64,000 bases of DNA, taken from contig NC_092677.1 of NCBI RefSeq assembly GCF_964355755.1, positions 8,392,101 to 8,456,100 on the forward strand. The letters are read 5' to 3'. Position 1 is the stretch's first letter. Each line of letters starts with the position of its first letter. A program made the translations under genes and the position numbers. Below, one piece after another: positions 53,601 to 64,000 of this stretch. Below the pieces are notes generated by a model, which was given only the letters and a program-made list of their open reading frames with translations, had not been told where the DNA came from and made no database searches. Source of the DNA: Antedon mediterranea. Taxonomy: Eukaryota; Animalia; Echinodermata.

Positions 53601-56600
53601 AAGGAATCAGAAAGTTCTTTTATTCTGTTTAACTCGTTTCGTGTTCTTTTCTGCTTTGATAAATCTTTCAAATTATATGTTTGAAGACTTGCGCTTTTCG
53701 ACCTTCCACCAATTCTGACCAATTTATGACAAAATCTCAGGATGCCTTCAAGAAATTGGTCCAGTGCATGGTTTGTGTAACATATCACCATTATGGTATT
53801 GTTACCACTGTCTTCATCAACCTCCGTGGCCCAACACTCTTTGTTAATCAGAAGAGTTTCAACGACCTTTAATCCAATGTACGTTTTTCCAGTTCCTGGT
53901 GGCCCCTGAATAACTGCTAGTTCTTTGGTTAAGGCTGATTTTACAGCTCTAAGTTGTGATTCATCAAGTGTTAGTTTGCCAATTCCTTTCCATGCATTTT
54001 CATCTAGAATATCAATTTTATCATCTTCAACGTCAGTTTTGTCCTGATCCTCATCTTTGAAAAGTGGCCGTATGTCGTACATCATTCTGGGTGTATTAAG
54101 AAGATATTTTGGTCTTTCTATATCATGTGAAGCCCGTATAATATACTTTTCCATAGGTAGATTGTTGTCGCCATTGAACTGTTGAAGAACTTGCAACACA
54201 GGTCTGTAACTCTCAAAAAATGCCGTGGACTCGACAATGGTATAGATACGTGCAATATCTATATTCTCCGGGTGATGGAATTTAATATCAACACGTCCTT
54301 CACGTAATAAAGATTCCTCTCTATGGCTAACAGTACCAAATAGAAGCGTTTGAAAATTGTCATGAGATAAGCAGACAAGGGAACCATAAATCAACCTTTT
54401 GGTGTTTTTCCATTCAACGTTTCTGAGATTACAGAGACTAAATATTACCCGATAAAGAACTCCATCTTTTGTGTGGGAAAATACTGGGTGTTCAATTTTC
54501 ACATCGTAATATAAGCGGACATCTGTATTTCTCTTTCTTTGATTTCGTGGATTTGCTAGATTATCGAGATGTGTTTGAATTCCCTCACGTAATGGACAAA
54601 TGAAGTCTTCACGCAGTAATCTGAATTGTACATCAAGGTAATGATATTTGCTTGCGTAGCTTCCTTTGGTCTTATTTGGACGAAGGAATGGTAGCTCTGT
54701 GGAATGAAGATCTTCTGTGGTTGGCAATATTGGAATATCTCTATAGTCATCAGGTGGTGGCCCATCGAAAATCCCTTCTCTTATTGCAGATTCAAGTTGT
54801 CTCTTCTTCTTCTCTGCTTCTTTTAATTCTAAAATGTATTTGTCAGTTTCTTTTTTAAAACGTGCTAAATCTACCAAAGCATCTTGTGACAACATCCGCT
54901 TTCCAAACATGTATTTACTTTTGGCGTCAAGTAAGGTTGTAATAATTGTCAGATCCTTTATTTCTTTAATTTGTGGACTTATCTCTTTCAGAAACGTCCA
55001 TATCTGATATAAACGTTGTTCAATACCTTCTTGTAGGTCATCTCCTCTTTTAGTATGTATTTCTCTCTCCAGTTTGTCTCCTAAATGCGTTACATACGAA
55101 ATAAGGGATTTCTTTATAAATGGACTTGTTTTTACCATATCTACCAATTTTGTCCTGCCCTCAGATAATTCACATTGGAATATTCTTACGTACACTTGGA
55201 GGAGGACTTCAATGACTTTATCGCTTATTTTCTCATCTTTTAGGAGTTTGTTGAGGTTGTCGGCTCTGGCGAATAAATACTTCACTGGATTAGACATCTG
55301 TAATATACTCTTGAGATCAGTGACATTTACTACAAAAAACAAAGTGTTGTTGACAAAGCTAATTACATGTATAATATCAGAAATGCATGGCCAAAGTGAA
55401 GTTTTGCCACATAATTTTTAAAATAATGGTATCTATTGTAGGATAAACATTTTGCTTTTTTCATTTGGATAGCAATTTTGTTAAACAATACACAATGCTA
55501 GGTACTTACATGCTACAATATGATGTCTGGCTTTATTGTCAACACGAAGATGTCCAGAAGGAAGAGTGTCCATTCTAAATATAATAATAGGTAATCAAGA
55601 TTAATTTATTTCTACGAAATCATTTTAGTGCCATATAGAAGTAAAATTTGTAATCATTTACCTCCGCCAAGGAGGTGTATGTAGTCGGTCGAGTGTGTCT
55701 GTATGTTTGTTTGTTTGTTAGAAGGATTACTCAAAAAGTTATTGCAAATGAAAAATACAGATAGATATGTGGTCAAGGACCACTCCATTAAATTTTGGAG
55801 GCAATCCGGACCAGTGTTCCAATTCTAGTATTATTTTCAGACCTGCTAGTGTTAAAAGATAGGAGACCATTTTCAAAAGCCGGTGAGAAATCTGAAAGTA
55901 ACCAGTAAACTGAAATTGCATTTTCTCGAGAACTGCTTTTCAAAAAAACTTAATTATTTTGGTGTACAAGAGGCAAGAGTTATAATTTGTAATTTTAAAA
56001 CATAATTTGATTTAATGTAGGCCTACAGGTTTTTTGATACGAGTAGTTTTAAAAAACCTATTTCTTTTCTAATTCACCGATTTGTTATTGGCGTTGCTGT
56101 TCTATTGTTAGTCAACTGAAACTATTGTAAGTTGAAAGGCTGGTTACATAACCATTACACCAAATTCGCATATATGTAGTGAAATTAGCCTAATCACACA
56201 CAGCAAACATTTTTTTTCCCGGTGAAATCATATGTAGGTGAATTTTACAGTAGGCGGAAGTAAGCCTATGCATTCTCGGAGTGTCGTTCTAGTTTCTAAC
56301 ATAATTATTTCGTTTGATTCGAATTGTATTTAAAAATGAAGGTTGCTTGTTTTCTCGCTTACTAATTACAGACGCATTAATAAAGTGATTGTAATGAAGT
56401 TCGACCTGTATTATTATTAATGAAGTGGTACACAACTTTATTGTCGTAAAACAGGCCTACCTCTTCTCTAAATTTCCATGATCTATTCCTCCTCTTGTCT
56501 GATTTCGATATCTTATGCCATGAGTTGCCGGTGCTTCCCTGGTGTTAAAGTTTCGTGTTTGGCTTTTAAAGGATTCTTGACGATTCGAAAGTCTGTCCGT

Positions 56601-56771
56601 TTGTTTAGGTGCACTCTGTATCCTGAAACGAGGATCTAACCAGCTTCCATTGTCTGCCGTCTCATCTTTGTGATGATATGTCTGTGTTGGTTCATTTATT
56701 TGTCGAGTTTCGACCGCCCATAAAGGTAACTGGTTATGTCGCTTGGGATCTTTGGGCTTAGCACCTCTCAT
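47666..56771 (-). CDS. ZNFX1: ZNFX1-like copy D, intact, about 2679 aa; exons 56771-56461, 55574-55510, 55329-47666
   Basis: 311+65+7664 = 8040 nt in frame with GT-AG junctions. Contains YLDVQFRLLREDF, all SF1 helicase motifs (QGPPGTGKT, CYTNHALDQF, VEEAAE, LIGDHQQL, QHRM, VDSYQGEE, NRMCVALSRA), a long NF-X1 finger array, DCSHAIE...KQCPVC...RYG, an RZ-like finger and a Gly/Arg tail. Confidence 0.95.
55657..56294 (+). mobile_element. Helitron/Helentron-type non-autonomous element in a copy D intron
   Basis: Starts TTTACCTCCGCCAAGGAGG followed by (GTTT)n; ends GGCGGAAGT...CATTCTCGGAGTG...CTAGTT (subterminal inverted repeat, hairpin, CTAG). Confidence 0.65.
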
Positions 56772-57068
56772 TATACATTCCCTGATATTGAGAATAACAT
56801 AAATTAATCACTGCACGGTAATTGTATGTATTTTTAATCAATAACAATAATAAATTAAGGAATATTGTCAAAATTATTCTATATTTTATTTACTGAAACA
56901 ACGTGCAATTTTGGTTTATTACAATATTGCAATTTATGAATAGTCTCACTGCAATAAACTGTGTGTACAGTATTTTTGCACAAAAAAGCTTACTCAATGA
57001 TTACAGAGTAACATCAGTTATGGTTATGTCAAGGGACATGTTACGGTCTATGATACTCTAGGCGATAC

Positions 57069-57477
57069 CAAAGAACTTATAACACAAGAATCTCCTGTTC
57101 TTCAATTTGCATTCAAAACACAGTATCGGAAGTACAGGGTTAAAAGGTCAAACTGGGCGACGCCATTTCACAGCATGGAGCAGCGCCCCCTCCAAACTAG
57201 GAAGTCAATTACTCTACCCCCCTAGAGTATTAGCAGATCCCCTCTATGATTTTGACTTTCTAATTTGATGCGGGCGCCCTACTCCTCAGTCAATTACTCT
57301 ATCCCCCCTAGAGCATTAGCAGATCCCCTCTATGATTTTGACTTTCTAATTTGATGCGGGCGCCCTACTCCATGGCTCACAATGGCGCCACCCATAGCTC
57401 TATTCTATCCCACAATGCCTTTCGAAATTGTTACGCGCTTCGGACGAACAGGAGATTCTTGTGTTATAAGTTCTTTG
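57069..57477. mobile_element. P-element-like MITE, copy 1
   Basis: Perfect ~32-bp TIR CAAAGAACTTATAACACAAGAATCTCCTGTTC; CA...TG ends; 7-bp TSD GCGATAC at 57062-57068 and 57478-57484; internal ~84-bp tandem repeat. Confidence 0.82.
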
Positions 57478-58181
57478 GCGATACATAATGATACACATTA
57501 TATTTTCCAATGGTACTGAAGAAATGTGGATCCAGTACCGGGTTCCATCAATCAATCAATATCTTTATTCATCAAATACAATACACATCAATAAACAAAA
57601 CGAAAGTGTATGGTAATTACACAAGCACACATATTAAGACTAATGTATTTAATGTATATGAAAGAGACCTCCAAGAGGTAATAGAAGGCCCACTAAATAT
57701 AGATATTTAGATAAAATAAAAAACAGAAAACTCTCCAAAAATAAAATCTCAAAATGAAAAATTCCTTTGTCGATTGTTTTAAACAGGTATTGATCAAGGG
57801 TCGTTTTGTGTTGAAGTTTAGATGGACCGCTATCGTTTGTTTACTCGATTCGGGGACGATCCCAGGAATCGAATTTGGTCATTCTTACATCTTGCATCTG
57901 TTGTTTCAATAATTGTGTATTACATTGTATACAGACCTATTTCAAATGTATTTCTATAAAAATTGCTAAAAGTATTGACAGTATTATTCGCATTCGTGGG
58001 TTATTACAATTATAATTGTTGATCATGTGAGATGAGGTATGACCTTATGACTTTTGACATATTCAAAATACTGCAGTTGGTATTCCTATAGATAAAAAAT
58101 AAGTAATACAAATACATTTAAACAAATAAAGTAAACTACCAACAAATACAATGTTAAAGTTCAAAAGTGAGTGTCATCTAT

Positions 58182-58598
58182 CAAAGAACTTATAACACAA
58201 GAATCTCCTGTTCTTCAATTTGCATTCAAAACACAGTATCGGAAGTACAGGGTTAAAAGGTCAAACTGGGCGACGCCATTTCACAGCATGGAGCAGCGCC
58301 CCCTCCAAACTAGGAAGTCAATTACTCTACCCCCCCACCCCCCTAGAGTATTAGCAGATCCCCTCTATGATTTTGACTTTCTAATTTGATGCGGGCGCCC
58401 TACTCCTCAGTCAATTACTCTATCCCCCCTAGAGTATTAGCAGATCCCCTCTATGATTTTGACTTTCTAATTTGATGCGGGCGCCCTACTCCATGGCTCA
58501 CAATGGCGCCACCCATTAGCTCTATTCTATCCCACAATGCCTTTCGAAATTGTTACGCGCTTCGGACGAACAGGAGATTCTTGTGTTAAAGTTCGTTG
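58182..58598. mobile_element. P-element-like MITE, copy 2
   Basis: Near-identical to 57069-57477 in the same orientation; right TIR degenerate and no clean TSD. Confidence 0.78.
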
Positions 58599-60076
58599 TC
58601 TGTATGTATTCAGTATCAGAGAGACGTGAACATCGGTTACAAACGTTGATTTCATGCCATTCCCGATTACTTTTCGTTGAAATTGGTGTCTTTTATTTAT
58701 TATTATTTCTTTATACTGGGTTGCCTCTTCAGTCAAAGATTGTTCCTAGAGGGCCCAGTTATGATCAATGGCTGTATGTGACCAGGGGCGGTCGTAGGAC
58801 TATTTTAAAAGGGTTGCCCAAAGACTCTGGGGCTGTAGACACTGAGTATTTGAGCAGGCAAATTTGTAATGACACTCCTAGATGGCCGCAAATGGTACTC
58901 TCGCACCTAAAATTCATGATAAATTGCACCTCTAGTTTGCCGGAAATGTCACTCACTCTATTAGTGTGCTAGCAAACAGAGGATTTGAGCCTATATTATA
59001 CAGCCGGTAATAAAACATACGCGAATAACAATATAGGATAACATTTTTTTTTCGTTCAATGCGAACGTCCCCGATGAAGGTACTTGTACGGTACGGTACG
59101 GTACGGTAATACATTCTAATAACTGTACTCAATTAATGTAAATTAATGATCAATTAATAATTTTAAAAAGTTACAAAAAAATATGAAGCTGCTGCTATAT
59201 ATATATATATATTGAGCAAATTGTATTATTTTGAATTAAATGCTAAATAAAGTCACAATTTCCAAAATTCATTTTTATTTATCCGCTATAAACTTTACAA
59301 AAGTGTTGTTTAAACCACACTCCAAAATAAAACAAAGAAAATAATGATAGGACATTTGCAGAAAGAAGCAAACTTTTCTCTGCGACCGGTATAACACGGT
59401 TCTTCCATAAATTACTACGGAAATTCGGCCTAATATTTTCGGACGTACGGAAGTGAAGATAAATAGGGTACTACACGCATCGAAAATACAAAACTATACG
59501 CACAATTATGATGTGGCATAAAAATTGGCCTTAGATTATGGAAAACCCCCGGCAAAACGCATAATTATAGACAAATCGATTATTAGCCTTGGCAATATGC
59601 CTAATATTTAAAAGGAATTAATTTAGGCTTTTTGACGAAAAGTTCATGTGTGAATTCTTGATCCATTAATGGTTTATTCAAGGTCAACACTGTAACTAAT
59701 CCCTCACTATTCAATCCAAATGTTATTATACTACTATATTGTTGAAAAATGGATTGCGTGATATGAAAATGGATTGATAGTAAAACGTAACAAAGATACG
59801 TTCTTGTTTGGTAATAGGCATTCATACAGTGATGAAGCGGAGGACTATTTTTGTAGCGTTCCATTTAAAATAAATGTTGTTACAAAGAAATATTTTGGTT
59901 GTGAAGGTCGCTAAATTCGTTGGAGCCAGCATTACTTTTTTTACCAATTTTAAAAATTAAGCTAACATCAAAACATTCAACAATAATAAAATGCCCTGCA
60001 ACTAGCTCTGTAACTACTTTCTGACTAAGCCTATCAAGTTCCGGGTTTGCTTTGCTACCGGTATAATTCTCTGTTA

Positions 60077-60255
60077 AGCTTGGTTCCCACTAGAACGTAA
60101 CGCAAGGACGTAAACGCAATGCAAGCGTTTTAACCAATGACAAGCGAAGTTATAGACAGTTAGCAATCACAAGCGAATAAGCCATCGCTTGTGATTGGTC
60201 AATTCACTTGCGTTTCGTTACGTCCTTGCGTTGCGTCGCTAGTGGGAACCACGCT
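60077..60255. mobile_element. Palindromic PIF/Harbinger-like MITE
   Basis: TTA|AGCTTGGTTCCCACTAG ... CTAGTGGGAACCACGCT|TTA; inverted along almost its whole length. Confidence 0.82.
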
Positions 60256-60488
60256 TTACTACGGAAATTCGGCCTAATATTATTACGGACGTATACGGAA
60301 ATGAAGATAAATAGGGTACTACACGGAAAAACAAAACTATACGTAAAATTATGATTTGGCCTAAATTATGGAAACACGCAATACTTATGAAAAATCGACG
60401 ACCCATATGACGGGTTTTTTCCGAACACAGTGTGTGTTGGCCTACTTCGTACCTCTCATCAGGAGAGAGATACATCTCCCTTCTATAT

Positions 60489-62198
60489 GTGACCTGCTCT
60501 GGCAAAGTGAAACATAAGTCGAAAATTTAAATTTTTCAGATTTGTATTCTATCTGGTAGGAAATGTTATATCCTTTACAATGATACCAAACTTAATATTT
60601 AACATGAAGGGGATCCCGAGATATTGTACGTTAAGTCGAAGCATGTATAAAGAAATATACAAATAACAGTTTTGAGAAAATCATGATTGAATGTCAATGT
60701 TATTTTATAAAACAACAACACAAATTAATATTTGTTAATCTAATAGTGTATACTTTCTAAGTATCACACATTCACAAAATATGATACAATGAAATGTTTT
60801 TTGGTAGGATATTGATTACTGTGACAATGCATACAAAAAAATATTTCCACATTCTATGTTAAGTACATACTTGTGTTTCTTTTAAGCACTTGCTTAAAAT
60901 GGTAAAAAAGGGGGTAAATTAATGTTTTTACACTTAAAAAACTGTATTATTCTTTAAGAATTAATTAAATGTATATAATAAATTAAGTTATATAACATTA
61001 AATACCATTTCTTGAACTACTGGATTTAAGTACGTTCTTAAAAGTTACTTAAATAATTTAAATTTTAGTTGTGTAGTGCCTGCTGATTAGATAACAAATA
61101 CAACTTAAATAACATTATGCGATTGCTTTAATCAATTAAATAATGGATATGTTTTAAGCACATACTAATGTATTAAGTTTGTTTTAAGCATTTACTTAAA
61201 ATTGTGTAATGTTCATGAAATTATGTTGGTGTAAGTGCATAATAATAGCCTACAATAACATGAATTATTACAATACTTATTATGTAAAAACAATAAATAT
61301 GGTAGGCCTATGTGATATGTAGGCAAATAAAAGTGCCACTTAGGCCTAGCCTACCTATCCTAGCTAGGCCTATTTGCCCTGCAACCTACCTAGCTAGCCT
61401 ACCTAGGCCTAGCTAGGCTAGGACAAGTAGGCCTAGAAGGACCCAGCCTGGAGTCCAAAAGGCTACTTAGTAGGCCTAGGCTAGTCACTACACTGGCTGT
61501 AATAATTTAATATCATAGGTCCTTTGCTACTCTCATTATGTTTTTATTTTTTAGTCATTGTATTTGGCCCAGGCCTAGGCCCTAGACTAGATCCATCGAT
61601 TATCTTAAATCTGAATTGTTTACACTCTCTTCTCCGCGTAAAAAGTAAACAGGTCAAAGGTCATTATAAGGATAAGCCAATTACAGTACTGTATTTCTAC
61701 TACGCGCTAGCCATTACGTGGCGTATCCTTGACAACGGATTTCTGTTGTGTAAAAATCACGTCAGAGAAGCTTTTTACCTCCTCTAATTCCCGCTGAAGA
61801 AGCCAAAAATATTGAAAACCACTTGAAATACCCACTGAATATGGCTTATGAATATTTAAATTTTCAGACTCTACCATGTTTCTAAAGGTACCTATACAAA
61901 TATTTTCATAAACTGCACAGTTTTCTAACAGTGTTTCATGCACTTTATTTCATTTTTTTGCAACAAAATGAAATCAAGACAAAAAAGGTACTCATTAAAA
62001 TCACTTATTTAGCCCTTTTATAAACTTAATTCACACAAAATGAAACTTGATCTTGATTCTTAAATAGTTGTAGATTCCAAAAAGGGGAAAACCCTATTTT
62101 CACCAAGATAGTGATTTTTAACTTACATAGTACTTCTATAGGTCAATACACTGAATAAAGATCAGCGAGTTATGTTTCACTATGCCAGAGCAGGTCAC
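60489..62198. mobile_element. 1.7-kb non-autonomous TIR element, ATAT-flanked (Sola1-like, tentative)
   Basis: 33-bp TIR GTGACCTGCTCTGGCAAAGTGAAACATAAGTCG with 2 mismatches; ATAT on both sides; no ORF. Confidence 0.78.
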
Positions 62199-63257
62199 AT
62201 ATATGGGATATTGTATACGATGAAATGGGACTCAATTTTAATTAAGTGGCACAAACAACATTTGTATGAAATTAAGGGTATTGCCTGGGTCCTCTCCTGG
62301 TGACAGTGGCTTTGTGTATGTACCACTGATGTACTAGGTTATTTAAAGTATGATCTAGATGTGTACACTGGACCTACGGTGTATAGTCCTTATCCGAGAA
62401 GACTTCGTTCTACCACCAGAACCATGGAGCAAGTGAGCCTCTCGAAACCTTGCCGATGGTGGCTACTATACGTAATTACGGTTCCATTGTTTTAACCACT
62501 CGGCCACTCACTCTGTTAATACATGCAACATACCAACGATTGGTAACAATTTTCCTAATTTCACTCGAAACCTTCCCTCGTAACGCCAGGAATCCGCCTC
62601 TATATACAGTCGTATTTTAATGACATTACTTTGGTGATTTCTGTTCTCCTACATGCGAATTTAATTTACACGCCTTTGACATGGGTCTGCGTTTTTTCAT
62701 TATGTCGAATTTGTGATACATAAATATAATATAATTTTTTACTCACCATGTATTTAAGTCTTTAAGTTTACTTATACTTTATTGAAACAATACAAGAAAA
62801 CACTGCATAGCCATCGCGGTCGGCAGGTGGTATGGTCTTAGTTAACTAGCTGAACTCTTGTGTTTAGGTGGGCGGCATTATCTTTCTTTTTCTTGAGTGA
62901 TCAGGGGTTGTTTTTATTGTTTAAAAGGTTATATCAATGCTATCCTTTGTTGTATATGTGATCAGTAAAAAGATCAATATTTACCAATGTATGTGTGTTT
63001 GTAGTAGGCATCTGTTGTTTCAATAATTGTGTATTATTACATTGTATATATACCTATTTAAAATTTATTTCTATAAAAAGAAAATTGCTAAAAGTATTGA
63101 CAGTATTATTCGCATTTGTGGGTTATTACAATTATAATTGTTGATCATGCGAGATGAGGTGTGACAAAATTTAAAAAAATATAAAGTAAACTACCAACCA
63201 CTAGCAATATTCAGTATGTCAAATTTGTAATACATAAAAATATAATATAATTTTTTT

Positions 63258-63435
63258 ACTTACCATGTATGCCTATTTAAGTCTTCAGTTTTATTTATAC
63301 CTTATTGAAATAGTACAAGAAAACACTCAGCATAGCCATCGCGTGGACCGGTGGTTTTAGTTGACTCTTTTAGCTGAACTGAACTGGTGTTTAGGTAGGC
63401 CGCATTTATCTTTTAATCTGTTTTTGGGAAATTCC
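63258..63435 (-). promoter_or_regulatory. Candidate promoter and non-coding first exon of copy D
   Basis: acttac 63258-63263 and GGGAAATTCC 63426-63435. An acceptor (TATCAG|) lies 10 nt before the D ATG at 56782-56783. A diverged duplicate of this exon is at ~62741-62890. Confidence 0.55.
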
Positions 63436-64000
63436 AATGTACAAAATTGACGTGGCATATTGTATATAAATATTGACATAAAATTAGCATCAACATCATA
63501 CACATTAAACCATATCGATCAGTTTATCCCCCATCTCAAACTGCCCCCACAGCTGACTATAGATTTATAGGCCTATTGCAGCTGCAGTAGTATATTGTAA
63601 AAAAAAATTCATTGTATATATAGATTCAAATTAATTCAAGTCATTAAAAAGCAACATATTTTTTCCACTCGACATGATTTAATAGCAATTAGTCAATCAA
63701 TTATTGGCCACATTATAAGAAAAAACATTGAACATTTATGTTATGGGGATAAATTGACGGAAAGAAAACCAGAAGAAGAATCCAATGCAAATTATAACAT
63801 TATTACATAATGTAGGCCTACCATAGCTTTAAAACAGTCTATCTACTGAGTTTGACATCACAGACAGTCCCAACTAAAATTTTTTTTACAACGTTCTTTT
63901 TTACAATTGTGTTGAGATGATTTTCAAAACTTTAATATATTTTTAAAGTGTAAATATAGGAAGTGTAGTATGCATTGAAATAACGAAATTCATTTGGTTC

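Noticed and set aside
55330-55342. ORF-track starts of the big exons (55342, 25996, 41772, 10675) as true initiation sites
   Set aside because: Each copy has a conserved in-phase acceptor and two upstream coding exons; the starts at 55342 and 25996 are not ATG.
5136-55421. Many short plus-strand ORFs over the ZNFX1 exons
   Set aside because: Antisense shadows of the coding strand; they recur only because the genes are paralogous.
58171-58972. ORFs of 63-140 aa as a transposase or gene
   Set aside because: They overlap MITE sequence and show no catalytic or other recognisable motifs.

Overview
AT-rich, intron-containing animal (probably invertebrate) genomic DNA; not prokaryotic. A small 4-exon CENP-V/GFA-family gene lies on + (1717-2717). 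Next to it is a tail-to-head tandem array of four ZNFX1-like genes on - (UPF1-like SF1 helicase, NF-X1 zinc-finger array, RING-like segment, RZ-like finger), named here A (3854-12329), B (17675-27482), C (34924-43108) and D (47666-56771). All four share one coding structure: ATG exon, 65-68-nt micro-exon, then one giant exon. D is intact (about 2679 aa). C has a single in-frame TAA. B is cut by a sense-oriented polyadenylated retro-insertion. A is a decayed chimeric pseudogene. Points of interest: mosaic swapping of helicase and zinc-finger modules between copies; an exact GGGAAATTCC kappaB site just upstream of a candidate non-coding first exon in every copy; a degenerate RZ finger; an expanding 53-aa N-terminal repeat; and a GAG-rich tail read as Gly/Arg or as poly-Glu. 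The spacers hold many non-autonomous transposons, some nested. All alignments and coordinates were derived by eye and need computational confirmation.
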